A DNA stretch of 63,589 bases, filler included, from 7 parts of 7 records of this genome joined end to end with filler, not necessarily neighbours in it, one strand, 5' to 3'. Counted from the whole stretch's first letter, positions 30,171 through 45,054 are shown. The notes: generated by a model from the sequence alone, not told the origin. Made by a program: numbers and translations.

Positions 30171-30270
30171 NNNNNNNNNNNNNNNNNNNNNNNNNNNNNN
30201 NNNNNNNNNNNNNNTTAATTAATTAANNNNNNNNNNNNNNNNNNNNNNNNNNNNNNNNNNNNNNNNNNNN
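30171..30270. other. Artificial contig linker
   Basis: Same N44-TTAATTAATTAA-N44 spacer. Confidence 0.99.
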
Positions 30271-32745
30271 ATTGAATCTTTAGAAGTTTTGAAAGATGCT
30301 GCAGCTGCTGCTATTTATGGATCTAGAGGAGCAAATGGTGTAGTTTTAATTACGACCAAAGGTGGAAAGAAAGGTGAAAAAATGACGGTGAGCTATGATG
30401 GTTTTTATGGAGTTCAGAATCCATGGAAGAAGCTTGATGTATTAGACCGAGATGCATATATCATGTTAAGCAATGAGGCAAATGCGAATGATGGAAAAGC
30501 ACCGTTGTTTGATCCAAGTGCAGTTTATGCAAATACAGATTGGCAAGATAAAGTGTTTTATTATGATGCACCTAAACAAAGCCACACTGTATCATTGCAG
30601 GGAGGATCGGAAAAAACAACCTATTCATCTTCAGTTAATTATTATCAACAAGATGGTATTGTAGCTAAAGGAAAATCAAATTATGAGAGAATTTCTTTAA
30701 GATTAAATACCGTTAGTGATTTTGGATTATTGAAGTTAGGTTCCTCTATTAATTATGCTAATATTACTAATAAGGGTATTGATGCAAATGAAAAATACTC
30801 TCCAACCAGCTTAATTCAGGCTTTAAATGCTCCTCCTTTAATTCCGGTTTACAGAGAGGATGGTTCTTGGGCTGTTCCAGGAGATCTCGGTTTAAGCATG
30901 CAAGAGATTACTAATCCACTGGCAATGTTAGATTATACAAACAAAAGAACTCGAACTAATAAATTTATTGGTAATTTCTGGGGTGAAATAGATTTTGAAA
31001 AAATACTACCTCAGCTAAAAGGCCTTAAGTTTAAGTCATCTTATGGAAGAGAGTTTGCCTTAGTAAATGAAGATACATATACGCCGGAATATTCTTTGGA
31101 TGCAACACATACGCAGCCTGTCGATAAGGTTAATAAAAGTATGACACTATATACCAAATGGAATTTTGAAAATGTATTGTCTTATACCAAAGATATTGGA
31201 GAACATCACTTAAGTGGTATGTTAGGTACAACATTATTCAAAGCGGAAGATGAAAGTTTGTCAGGTGAAAAAGCTGATGTAATATTTGATGATTTTGAGC
31301 ATGCTTATTTAGACAATGCCACAGATCCAGAAAGCCAGGTAACAGGTGGAGGATTTACTGAACACACTTTACAATCATATTTTGGACGTGTAAATTATGA
31401 TTTGCTAAACAGATATATGTTTACAGCAGTTGTTCGTCATGATGGTTCTTCTCGTTTTGGTACAGAAAACAAGTATGGTACTTTCCCTGCGCTTTCTGCC
31501 GGATGGATTATCTCTGAAGAAGAATTTATGAGTAGTTTAAGAGAGCAGATTGACTTTTTGAAAGTACGTGTTAGTTGGGGACAAAACGGTAATGAGAGAA
31601 TTGGAGATTTTAAATATACTTCCATTGTTGGAAATTCAAACATCTATTATTTTGGATCAGGAAAAACACAATATAGTGGAACTAGACCAAATAATTTAGC
31701 AAACCCTAAATTAAGATGGGAAACTTCAGAGCAAATTAACCTCGGGCTTGAAATAGGTGTGTTAGAAAATAGATTACGAATAAACCTCGACTATTATGAA
31801 AAAACAACTAAAGATTGGTTAGTTGATGCACCAATTCCTGCATTAGTAGGAAATGATGCCCCAACAATTAATGGAGGAGAGGTAATTAACAAAGGTTTGG
31901 AATTTGAAACCAGCTATAAAAATAATTTTGGAAAATTATTTGTGGATGTTTCGCTTAATGGAGCGATCAATAATAATGAGGTAATTGATATTAATAACGC
32001 AGAAAAAACCTTAGTTGGAGGAGACGGAGGAGCTACCCATTCTGATATTCTTTATGCAGAAGTCGGTTCTGCATTAGGTGTTTTTTATGGGATCAAAACG
32101 GATGGTATTTTCCAGAATGAAGCAGAAGTTCAAGCTCACTCCAAGGATGGTGAATTAATTCAGCCATTTGCAAAACCAGGTGATATTCGCTTTGTGGATG
32201 AAGATGGCAATGGTATTATCGATGATGGGGATCGTGTTATTCTTGGTAATCCATATCCTGATTTTACAGGAGGATTAAATGTAAATCTTGAATATGAAGG
32301 CTTTGATTTTAATATGTCATGGTATGCTGCTTTAGGGCAAGATATTTGGGATGCAACAAGACGTTATGATTTACAAGGAGCTAATTACCGTTCAGACTTC
32401 TTAAATCGTTGGACAGGAGAGGGAACTAGTAATGTTTATCCGAGAGTTACTTTTGTTGATGCTAATCAAAACATGTCAAGGCCAAGTGACTTCTTTATAC
32501 AGGACGGAAGCTTTGTGCGCCTTAGAAATATAACCTTAGGATATACTATTCCTAAAAAAGTGACTGACTTTATAAAAGTTAACAAAGTAAGGGTTTATGT
32601 TTCTGCAGAGAATCTCTTCACATTTACAGATTACAAAGGTTTAGATCCTGAAATTGGAGGAGATCCATTTGGAAATTATGGTGTGGATAAAGGAATTTAT
32701 CCTCAGGCAAAAACTGTAATGGGTGGAATTAATGTGACCTTCTAA
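30271..32745 (+). CDS. susC: SusC/RagA TonB-dependent transporter, 5'-truncated
   Basis: IESLEVLKDAAAAAIYGSRGANGVVLITTK, DGSSRFG, LRWETS, YPQAKT..GINVTF. Confidence 0.97.
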   Translation: MESLEVLKDAAAAAIYGSRGANGVVLITTKGGKKGEKMTVSYDGFYGVQNPWKKLDVLDRDAYIMLSNEANANDGKAPLFDPSAVYANTDWQDKVFYYDAPKQSHTVSLQGGSEKTTYSSSVNYYQQDGIVAKGKSNYERISLRLNTVSDFGLLKLGSSINYANITNKGIDANEKYSPTSLIQALNAPPLIPVYREDGSWAVPGDLGLSMQEITNPLAMLDYTNKRTRTNKFIGNFWGEIDFEKILPQLKGLKFKSSYGREFALVNEDTYTPEYSLDATHTQPVDKVNKSMTLYTKWNFENVLSYTKDIGEHHLSGMLGTTLFKAEDESLSGEKADVIFDDFEHAYLDNATDPESQVTGGGFTEHTLQSYFGRVNYDLLNRYMFTAVVRHDGSSRFGTENKYGTFPALSAGWIISEEEFMSSLREQIDFLKVRVSWGQNGNERIGDFKYTSIVGNSNIYYFGSGKTQYSGTRPNNLANPKLRWETSEQINLGLEIGVLENRLRINLDYYEKTTKDWLVDAPIPALVGNDAPTINGGEVINKGLEFETSYKNNFGKLFVDVSLNGAINNNEVIDINNAEKTLVGGDGGATHSDILYAEVGSALGVFYGIKTDGIFQNEAEVQAHSKDGELIQPFAKPGDIRFVDEDGNGIIDDGDRVILGNPYPDFTGGLNVNLEYEGFDFNMSWYAALGQDIWDATRRYDLQGANYRSDFLNRWTGEGTSNVYPRVTFVDANQNMSRPSDFFIQDGSFVRLRNITLGYTIPKKVTDFIKVNKVRVYVSAENLFTFTDYKGLDPEIGGDPFGNYGVDKGIYPQAKTVMGGINVTF

Positions 32746-32782
32746 TAAATCAGAAATGGGTAAATCATTAAAATTTAATAAA

Positions 32783-34363
32783 ATGAAAAACAAATTTATA
32801 TATATATCAATATTGCTGATTCTTACTGTTGTTCAGTACTCCTGTAACGACGACTTTATAGAATTAGAGCCTAAAACAGGGCAGGTGGAGGCCAATTTTT
32901 ATAAAACAGAAAATGATGCCTTCTTATCAGTAGTTGCAGTGTATGATGCACTATCTATACAAAACTGGCAGTTTGTTCCAATTATGTCAGATATATTTTC
33001 TGATGATGCCTTCGCAGGAGGAGGTAATGCCAATGATATGGGACAATGGCAAGAGATGGAAAAAATTACAGGCATGACGCTGGAAAATGGAGCTGCTCTT
33101 GATCTTTGGAAGAGATGTTATACAGGTATTTACAGAGCTAATCTTTACTTAGAGAAACAAGGTCTAATTACATGGACTACAGAAGGATTAAAGGCGCGCT
33201 TAGAAGCTGAGGTTAAGTTTTTAAGAGCATACTTTTATTGGGATTTAGCTCGTCATTATGCATCGGTGCCTATAATTCTTGAAGTTTATCCTGATGTTGA
33301 GGATTACAAGAATGCGACTCAAAGTAGCCCAGCAGAAGTATATGCTCAGATTGCACAAGATTTAAAAGATGCAATTGCGGTATTACCTGCAGAAGTTGGC
33401 CCGGAAGAAGCAGGTCGTGTATCAAAATATGCAGCGCAAGCTCTTATGGCAAGGATACACTTGTATTATGAAGGTTATGCAAAAACAGTTTTGAGTTTAA
33501 CCGATGATTTGTTTACAGATGCAGAAGTAAGAACTGCTCTTGATGGAATTATTGAAAGTGGAGAATATGAATTATTGGAAAGCTACACAGATGTTTTTGA
33601 TTGGGAGAACCAAAACAATAGTGAGTCATTATTTGAATGGCAATATTCTGGCAAAGCGAATTCCGGTGATTGGGATGGATGGAATATTAATGGTAATTTT
33701 TCTGTACTGTTTTATGGACCCCGACAAGCTGAAGATGGGGAGGTAGTTTTCCCGGAAGCATGGTCTTTTGCAGTGCCGACTTGGACTTTATTAGATGAAT
33801 TTGAGGTTGGCGACCCACGTAAAGAAGCTTCTGTTTTTAATGCAGAAGAAGAGTTAACAACTTATGGTATAGGTTTTCAGAATACCGGGTATTTTAATAA
33901 GAAGTACATGGGGGTTCCAGAGTTTCAGCATACAGGCGGTGGAGACTGGAAACATAATTGGGATCGTAACTATATTGATATTCGTTTTGCTGATGTTTTA
34001 TTAATGGCAGCAGAAATGTATCTAGGTACTGATGATACAAAAGCATTAGATTATCTAAATAGAGTTAGAACAAGGTCTTTAGGAGACGAAGCCGCACTTT
34101 CAGCTATTACATTAGATGCAATCTATCATGAGCGAAGAGTTGAATTAAGTGGGGAAGGTCATCGCAAATGGGACCTATTGAGAAGAGGATTAAGCTACAC
34201 TTCCGAGAAAATAAGCGAAAGCTTTGAGCTTCCTGTCGCAATTGATAATTCAGAAGATTTCTTAAACCGTGGTTTTGTTGAAAAATATAAAGGTTTATTT
34301 CCAATTCCAGCTTCAGAAATCAGGAACACTAATTCGGGAGTTTTAGAGCAATACATTTATTAA
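32783..34363 (+). CDS. susD: SusD/RagB glycan-binding lipoprotein
   Basis: Lipobox YSC, EVKFLRAYFY, IRFADVLLMAAE, ERRVEL.GEGHR.WDL.R. Likely start 32783. Confidence 0.95.
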   Translation: MKNKFIYISILLILTVVQYSCNDDFIELEPKTGQVEANFYKTENDAFLSVVAVYDALSIQNWQFVPIMSDIFSDDAFAGGGNANDMGQWQEMEKITGMTLENGAALDLWKRCYTGIYRANLYLEKQGLITWTTEGLKARLEAEVKFLRAYFYWDLARHYASVPIILEVYPDVEDYKNATQSSPAEVYAQIAQDLKDAIAVLPAEVGPEEAGRVSKYAAQALMARIHLYYEGYAKTVLSLTDDLFTDAEVRTALDGIIESGEYELLESYTDVFDWENQNNSESLFEWQYSGKANSGDWDGWNINGNFSVLFYGPRQAEDGEVVFPEAWSFAVPTWTLLDEFEVGDPRKEASVFNAEEELTTYGIGFQNTGYFNKKYMGVPEFQHTGGGDWKHNWDRNYIDIRFADVLLMAAEMYLGTDDTKALDYLNRVRTRSLGDEAALSAITLDAIYHERRVELSGEGHRKWDLLRRGLSYTSEKISESFELPVAIDNSEDFLNRGFVEKYKGLFPIPASEIRNTNSGVLEQYIY

Positions 34364-34392
34364 TTGTGTATAAACCATTAAAGATTAAACAA

Positions 34393-35601
34393 ATGAATAT
34401 GAAAAATATTATAATAGTTTTATCACTGGCGGTTTTTATGTTTGCTGCGTGTGAGCCGTTTATTGAGGATGCCCCAGATGTTGGTATGTCTCCTTCTAGT
34501 GAAGATCTTAGTTTTACGATAGCACAAGGTTCAGATGATTTTACATTTGTTTTTGAAAATACATCTGATGTTACAGGGATTGCCCATTGGGATTTTGGTA
34601 ACGGTGTTAAAGGAACTGGAAATAAAGTAAGCTCTGTTTATAATCTGCCAGGAGAATATGAAGTAACTTTATCTATATACACTTCTGGAGGTAATGCTTC
34701 TTTAGAGAAAACGCATGTTACAACGGAAACCAATTACGCCATTTTTACAGATACTAAATACATTAATATTAGTGGTGGAGTTGATGCTGTTGATGGAAAA
34801 GCATGGGTGGTTGATAGTGTAACAGCAGGTCATTTTGGAATAGGTCCTGCAAATGGAACCTGGCCGGAATGGTGGGGAGCTGCATCATTGCAAAAAACGA
34901 ATTCAGGTGCTTATGATGATGATTATGTATTTAAAATTGAGGGTTTTAGTTTTATTTCAAATAATAATGGAAATTCATATGTAAAGGATTTTAGAAAAGA
35001 TGACTCGAATTATTCTAATCCTGTGGCATTATATGGAGAACCTGATTGCAGAGTAGACTATACACCGGCAGCAGCTACATGGTCTATTGTAACTAAGGAA
35101 GATGGTGATTATATCGTGTTTTCTTCAGAAACACCTACATTTTTTGGATTTGATTATGGAGGCACCTATGAATACAGAATTGAAGAACTAACTGAAAATT
35201 TATTACATGTAAGTACTATTGGGGGAGATGGAAACAGGTGGTACAACAGATTAATACCTAAAGGTTATTCAAAACCCGTTGTAGAGTTTTCAGCAGAAGT
35301 TGCAGCTGTTGCAGCAGAAAATACATGGTCAGTAAGTTTAACCGATGTTGTTATCCCGGAAGGAGTTACAGTGACTGGCTTTAGTGTGGATTTTGGAGAT
35401 GGTAGTGGTAGTGTAGATTCTGATGATTATATGGGAAGTGTAGAGCATACATATATGCGTAAAGGAACTTATCCTGTTACTGTAACGGTTATGGCAACTA
35501 GTGGAAATGTGGTGGCTAATGAGTCTGTTACAGTGGAGAATCATCATTCATCTTATGTTCCATTTTTACTGGATATGATGGTAATGTATGTTGATAATAG
35601 T
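34393..35601 (+). CDS. PKD-domain surface lipoprotein (SusE-position), 3'-truncated
   Basis: Lipobox FAAC, PKD motifs WDFGNG and VDFGDG..HTY...GTY.VTV, directly downstream of susD. Confidence 0.8.
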
Positions 35602-35701
35602 NNNNNNNNNNNNNNNNNNNNNNNNNNNNNNNNNNNNNNNNNNNNTTAATTAATTAANNNNNNNNNNNNNNNNNNNNNNNNNNNNNNNNNNNNNNNNNNN
35701 N
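35602..35701. other. Artificial contig linker
   Basis: Same spacer. Confidence 0.99.
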
Positions 35702-37889
35702 CAGGATCGGCCATATTTACTTGTGTGGTTACTCCGGCTGGCTTTTCCTGTGTTGGTTGTGCTGCATTTTCCAAACGAAGTTTTTCAGTTTCAACTTTTT
35801 CTTTTCCAAAAATTCCAGGCAGTACAGGTACGAGCCTATCGGGTAAGATTGCACGCCGCGGAATCTCTTCACCTGTGAAAACAGCAATATCAACCACCGG
35901 TTTTCCTTTTTGCAAGAGCGTTTGACAATTTTCAATATATTTTACCCAGGCTTTTCCCGGTTTCCACCAGGTTTGATTGGGTTGAAAAAACTGCCCGACT
36001 ACTCCCACTGTCTTTCCGGGCTTACGATCGGTCCATGGATCGTGCGAAAAAACATGAAAAATGATTTTATTAATTCCCAATGCAAAATTTCTATCAAATA
36101 ATGTTTTTAGCATTCCAGGGTGTTCATCCCAGTCCAGACGAATTTCTGTTCCGGCTTCGGCGCGAGCCAGTTTTTTACCATAAACATGCGCGGCAGAAAT
36201 GGCGTCCAGAATATCGTTGGGTTTGTCGTGCGAAGGACTACGAAACCAGAATTCCCCGGTAGGTGCATGAGTGTTTTTAAAATGCAACATACCATCGCTA
36301 ACAAAAACCGGGGCTATACTTTCGGCACTGTAAGTACACCCTTTTTCGTTGGCGAGTTTTCTCATGGTACCGTGGTAATTATCCACCAGCATTTCTGCGA
36401 TTGTAGTTCGAATATCGTATAAAACCTGTTCAGAAAACTCAACACTTTTTAAAGGAATACCAGCCATTATTGGCAAGTAGGCTTTTAGCTCATAACCTCT
36501 CCTTTTTTTAAACTCTTCCGGAAAAACCGGTGACCAATTCTGGCTTCCACACTCCCAACTATCGTTGTAAAGTTCTTCAATTACCTTTTCGGCTAATTCT
36601 CCGCCAGCACGATTGTAAATTTCGCCAAACCAATTATCAAACTGAAGTTTAACCACTTCCGGGTTTAATTTGTCACACTCTAATCCTTTAGCTCCTCCCC
36701 CAACATAATTTGTTGTACCTGTTGAGGTATGTCCCATTCGTAGGATTACCCAGCTTCCTTCAGGAACATCCCATGTAAGTTTTCCATCTTTATCCAGAAA
36801 CGAGCTGATATCAATCAATTCATTTGGAGCAATGCAAAAAGTATTCAATACATTTTTATCAGCATGCTTACTAATGCGCCAAGCTGCTCCTGACTTACCT
36901 TCGAATTGATGAACTTTTGCTTCTCCGGATAATTCGATGCCAGAAACTTTTAAGCGTGGCTTCCATTTGGCATCGTCTAAATCTTCTGCTCCCGGTTCAC
37001 TTCCCTCAGGATCGAAAACAAAACGGAAATATTTAGCTGAAACCGGATCAATCAGGTGGGTTACCTCTGAACCTCTATCGTCCCAACCAAGTCGGTACGA
37101 GTCCAACCTTCCATAGTTTGTAAAAGTTTTTCCATCCTGACTTGTCTCGATAATCAGGCGATTTGCCTGGTAGTTATTCCATCCCGACTGTAAAACCACA
37201 GAACGACAGGTAAACGGCTTATTAAATTCGTATTGAATCCAACATTTTTCCTTGCTTGTAAAACTTTTAGTGTTTCCTTTTAATGCAAGAAAGCCAGCTT
37301 CTTTTCCGGCAACACTGGTGCTTACTTTTGGAATTGTTTTATAAGATGAGCTTCCCCAGTCTTTGGGCGCAGGAAAAGCAAAAGTTGCAATATCGTTGTA
37401 ATAGTTTTCTATCTTTTCAGGTTGTGGTAGATTGTCGGCAAAACGTTGTTGGCCACTAACAAGTGTATCAGTCCAAACTACTTTTTGCATCGAAAGTTCG
37501 GGAGTAATCCAAGGTCCACCCGCTGCGGTAAATCCATCGCAGGCATGAATGCCCAGTTTTATTCCCAATCTATCCGCTTCACTTACTACAAATTGCATCA
37601 TTTCCCACCACTCAGGAGTTAGCTGAACAACAGTTGGTTGGTATAACGATGGATTTGCTTCTCCTCTAATGGTAAAAAAATAAGCTCCACCAATGCCGGT
37701 TTCTTTCATGGCCTCCAAATCGGTAGTAATACCTTTTTTTGAAATGCTGGCATCGGTGAGGAACCAATACACCCAAGGCTTTGTATCATCACAGTTTGAA
37801 AGTGGTAAATTTGATTTTGTGGTTTCCTGGCAGCTTGTCAGAAAAAAACCAAACAAAAAAAACAGGTATATTATTCTAGCCATTCTCAT
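35702..37889 (-). CDS. GH106 alpha-L-rhamnosidase, 3'-truncated
   Basis: KPWVYW, GITTDLEAM, AGGPWITPE.SMQK, GLECDK, DSWECGSQNW, P.GEFW. Lipobox LTSC. Confidence 0.9.
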
Positions 37890-37897
37890 TTATCCTA

Positions 37898-41176
<3,279 letters not shown>

Positions 41177-41500
41177 TTAATCAAGGTGAAATATTTCCTC
41201 CATATCGGCCCAAAACTCTTCAGAAGTAGCCGTATCAATCGGTTGCATTAATGGTTTTACCACATCCCACCAGTGCACGGTTTCTTCGTGCGAAGCCATT
41301 TTTGCCATATCGGCATCAAAATCAGAGCCGGTATATTCAAAATAGGCAAACAAAATATTATCGCGAAAAAAGATGGAATAGTTTGAAAGGTTGCATTCCT
41401 TTATTTTACTTAAAACACCAGGCCATACATTGGCATGTTGGCGAATGTATTCCTCTGCCCCTTCGGGCTTTAATTTTATAATCTGTCCGAAACGTTTCAT
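41177..41500 (-). CDS. rhaM: L-rhamnose mutarotase
   Basis: EEY..QHA.VWP, NYSIF, LFAYFEY, WW..V, W.DMEEIFHLD. Confidence 0.9.
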   Translation of the reverse strand: MKRFGQIIKLKPEGAEEYIRQHANVWPGVLSKIKECNLSNYSIFFRDNILFAYFEYTGSDFDADMAKMASHEETVHWWDVVKPLMQPIDTATSEEFWADMEEIFHLD

Positions 41501-41580
41501 AAAAGTCTGATTAAACTATTGGTTCAAAAAGGTCGTTAAGAATGGCACTACTACCGTTTACATAACTGACCATGTTTAAA

Positions 41581-41610
41581 TAATACATTCGTATTTAGCA
41601 AAACACGTAG
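41581..41610 (-). promoter_or_regulatory. Putative ECF-sigma promoter for the rhaM-GH2-GH106 operon
   Basis: CTACGTGT-N15-TGTATTA on the minus strand, same boxes and spacing as 42580-42609. Confidence 0.7.
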
Positions 41611-41980
41611 TAAAAATACTAAAAATGTAAACGTTTTCATTGATTTTTGCCGAGAAACAAGAAAGTTTAATGTGAGGATAAATTAGAAATAGGCAAATAA
41701 GATGCAGGAAAAAAAATATGCGCATATTTTTCGCTATTTATTCTAATTATTTATTGCCTACAATTCTAACGAAGGTAAGATACAACAAATTAGCACCTTA
41801 CTCTCTCGCTATCTGCCTCTTATAGCGCAGCCTCTAAAAACAAACGAACACTATAAATGCCCAAACAATCGTGTCCTTTTCTAATGAAAGTACTTATTAA
41901 ACTCCTTGCCCTTGCAAATATAAACGCAAATTATTCCTATTTTCGTTATACATTTTACTTGACTAAACTTATCACCTGTA

Positions 41981-42565
41981 ATGCTAATTGGTGGACTAAA
42001 AGAAAACGTTTTAATAAATCGAATTGCTCAAGGAGATCAAACTGCTTTTGAACTTATTTTTAAATTCTACTATCCGGGTTTGGTTATTTTTGCAACGCAA
42101 TTTGTTTTAAGTAAAGACGATGCAGAAGAAATTGTTCAGGATTTTTTCATATATATCTGGCAAAATAAGCATAAACTAAACAATGCCGATTCATTAAAAC
42201 CTTACTTTTTTACCTCAATTAAAAACAGATCTCTTAACCTGCTTAAGAAAAATAAGATCAAACATCAACTCATTGAAAAGCTCAAAATATTATCCAGATC
42301 TGACTTATCCTATAATCCGGATATTTTTGTTGAATCTGAACTTCAAACAAAAATTCAAAATAGTTTTAAATCTATTCCGCCCAAAACCAGGGAAGTTTTT
42401 TTGTTAAGCCGAAACGATGGTTTTACTAACAGCGAAATAGCCCAACAACTTAACATCTCAAAAAGAACAGTTGAAACCCATATTTCAAATGCACTTAAAA
42501 TTTTACGAAGAGAATTAAAAGAATACTTAACCTTACTTCTGTTGATTGACATTTTTTTAGGATAA
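41981..42565 (+). CDS. ECF RNA polymerase sigma-70 factor (Bacteroidota PUL type)
   Basis: AEEIVQDFF..IW, KNRSLN, region 4 EIAQQLNISKRTVETHISNALK. Confidence 0.93.
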   Translation: MLIGGLKENVLINRIAQGDQTAFELIFKFYYPGLVIFATQFVLSKDDAEEIVQDFFIYIWQNKHKLNNADSLKPYFFTSIKNRSLNLLKKNKIKHQLIEKLKILSRSDLSYNPDIFVESELQTKIQNSFKSIPPKTREVFLLSRNDGFTNSEIAQQLNISKRTVETHISNALKILRRELKEYLTLLLLIDIFLG

Positions 42566-42579
42566 AAAATAAATTCCGA

Positions 42580-42609
42580 CTACGTGTTGTTGCTTTTTAA
42601 ATTGTATTA
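42580..42609 (+). promoter_or_regulatory. Putative ECF-sigma promoter for the downstream gene
   Basis: CTACGTGT-N15-TGTATTA just after the sigma stop codon. Confidence 0.7.
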
Positions 42610-42673
42610 CAAGTGAATGAGAAAGTGGCAATTTTGAAACATTGCAACAAAATTTTTTAAGACATTCAATCGG

Positions 42674-42749
42674 ATGACTAGTATTAAAACAACAAATAAC
42701 GATAATATTCTTAAGGACTACCTAAGTAAAAAAGAGAATCAGAACGAAG
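42674..42749 (+). CDS. Possible FecR-type anti-sigma factor, N-terminal fragment
   Basis: MTSIKTTNNDNILKDYLSKKENQNE open to the contig end. The call rests mainly on its position after an ECF sigma gene. Confidence 0.35.
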
Positions 42750-42849
42750 NNNNNNNNNNNNNNNNNNNNNNNNNNNNNNNNNNNNNNNNNNNNTTAATTA
42801 ATTAANNNNNNNNNNNNNNNNNNNNNNNNNNNNNNNNNNNNNNNNNNNN
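42750..42849. other. Artificial contig linker
   Basis: Same spacer. Confidence 0.99.
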
Positions 42850-43946
42850 CAAGTAGTAATTACTCCGGCCGGAAAAGAATTTATTACTCCGGTTACCTTG
42901 TCGGCACTTTCAGGAAAACCTGTTGTTAGCGAATTTTTTGGTGCAAACGATGGAACCTGGCACAGTCATGTTGATTTAGGACTTTGGGCCGATATGATGA
43001 TTATTGCTCCTGCCACGGCTTCTACGATGGGTAAAATGGCCAATGGAATTGCCGATAATATGCTGGTTACCACTTATATGTCGGCAAAATGCCAGGTAGT
43101 GGTGGCACCTGCAATGGATTTAGATATGTATGCTCATCCGGCAACAAAAAAGAACATTGGAATTTTAAAAGAATTCGGGAATTGTATTGTAGAACCCGGA
43201 GAAGGATATCTGGCCAGTGGACTGGAGGGAAAAGGCAGAATGGAAGAGCCTGAAAATATCCTTGAATTTGTGGTTGATTATTTCAATCAAAAAAAAAACT
43301 CCTGAATAAAACCTTTCTGGTTACTGCAGGACCTACCTACGAAAAGATAGATCCCGTTCGCTTTATTGGAAATTATTCTTCAGGTAAAATGGGATATGCC
43401 ATTGCCGAAGAATTAGCCGAAAAAGGAGCAAAAGTAATTTTGGTTTCCGGGCCTGTTCAACTTTCAGTTAAGCATAAAAATATAACTGTTATTTCGGTCG
43501 AATCGGCTAACGAAATGTATAACGAATCCATGAAAAATTTCCCGGATTGTGCCGGAGCCGTAATGTGTGCCGCGGTGGCAGATTTTACTCCGTCTGCTAC
43601 AGAATCTAAAAAAACCAAACGCGGGAAAAACAATTGGGAACTTACGCTTATACCTACAAAAGATATTGCAGCTGCGTTGGGTGAAGAAAAGAAGAAAAGT
43701 CAGATTTTGGTTGGATTTGCACTGGAGACCAACGATGAAATTCAAAATGCCCAAAAGAAACTCAGGAGAAAGAACCTGGATTTTATTGTCTTAAATTCGT
43801 TAAACGACAAGGGAGCGGGATTTCAAACTGATACGAATAAAATTACCATTATCGATAAGAACAATAATCAGCAAAATTTTGAGTTAAAAAGTAAGAAAGA
43901 AGTTGCAGCAGATATAGTTCAAAAGATAATTTCTCTTTCGGTTTAA
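42850..43946 (+). CDS. coaBC: Bifunctional CoaBC, 5'-truncated, reading frame broken at A10 (43289-43298)
   Basis: CoaC part IAPATA, APAMD, GKGRMEEP stops at 43305. The -1 frame continues LLNKTFLVTAGPTYEKIDPVRFIGNYSSGKMGYA...AAVADF...VGFALET. Confidence 0.93.
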
Positions 43947-43992
43947 TGCGGCTTTATTCTGTTTATTTTTTATATTTTTACCGCAATTTGGA

Positions 43993-44907
43993 ATGTTTAT
44001 GAAAAAGATATCGGTTTTAATTTTACTATTTATTTTTATTGCAGGTGCAGCGGTTTCGCAGGAATTGAGATGTAATATAACAGTTTCGGCGCAACGTATT
44101 AAAGGAGCTAATCAGAACCTTTTCAGAACCATGCAGTCTGATTTGTACGAATTTGTAAATAACCGCAAATGGACCGATCATGTATATAATTACGACGAAA
44201 GAATTCAATGTAATATTTTAATCAGGCTGGAAGAGCAAATTGCCGCCGACGAATTTAAAGGAACAATCCAGGTTCAGTTAAAAAGACCTATTTTTAATTC
44301 AAGTTACGAAACAACAATTTTAAATATTAAAGACAATGATTTCCATTGCCGATATGTTGAATTTCAACCACTCGAATTTAACGAAACCTCAAATCGCGAC
44401 AACCTTACAAATATTTTAGCTTATTACGTATATATTATTTTAGGCTTCGATTACGATACTTTTTCGCCTGAAGGAGGAACACCTTACTTCGAAAAAGCAC
44501 AAGCTATTGTAAATAATTCGCAAAATGCCAGTATGAAAGGTTGGAAAGCTTTTGAAAGCGAGCGAAACAGGTATTGGCTAATCGAAAATATCTTGAATAA
44601 ATCGTATTCCGATTATCGCAATTGTATGTATCAGTATCATCGTGGGGGATTAGATATTATGTCGGAACGCCCGGAAGAAGGAAGAGCTGCTGTTGCAGAG
44701 GCATTGCGCGATATTCAGAAAGTATTTCGGCGAAGACCAAGTATCTATATTTTGCAGATGTTTTTCGATTCAAAATCGGATGAATTGGTTAATATATTCT
44801 CAAAATCATATCCCGATGAACGCAACCGTGTTTTGGCAATTCTAAATGAGGTAGATCCTTCTAACGGAAGTAAATACGAAAAAATTGCAGAAAACGAAGG
44901 ATTCTAA
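43993..44907 (+). CDS. DUF4835 family periplasmic/secreted protein
   Basis: QELRCN, F.NN.KWT, LAYY.YIILG.DYDTF...GG..YF, MFFD.K.DE. Usual Bacteroidota coaBC-DUF4835-recN order. Confidence 0.85.
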   Translation: MFMKKISVLILLFIFIAGAAVSQELRCNITVSAQRIKGANQNLFRTMQSDLYEFVNNRKWTDHVYNYDERIQCNILIRLEEQIAADEFKGTIQVQLKRPIFNSSYETTILNIKDNDFHCRYVEFQPLEFNETSNRDNLTNILAYYVYIILGFDYDTFSPEGGTPYFEKAQAIVNNSQNASMKGWKAFESERNRYWLIENILNKSYSDYRNCMYQYHRGGLDIMSERPEEGRAAVAEALRDIQKVFRRRPSIYILQMFFDSKSDELVNIFSKSYPDERNRVLAILNEVDPSNGSKYEKIAENEGF

Positions 44908-45054
44908 TCCGGAGAGTCAAAAGTTCAAAGTCAATAGTTGAAACTTTCAGATTAAATGTGAATAATAACTTTTCAGTTAAATGAATATTTGTAATCTGTT
45001 TTTGGTATTTTTAAAACGTATTCAAATTAATTAATAGTTTCAAATTTAGTATCG

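Noticed and set aside
41857-42051. 64-aa ORF overlapping the sigma factor start
   Set aside because: No motif, lies in a promoter region, and is likely spurious.
43389-43946. Standalone coaB starting at MGYAIA
   Set aside because: This start would omit the conserved TAGPT.E.IDPVR.I.N.SSGK motif encoded upstream in the same frame.
44915-44980. Short AAAGT/ACTTT degenerate repeats between DUF4835 and recN
   Set aside because: Too short and AT-rich to support as an element.
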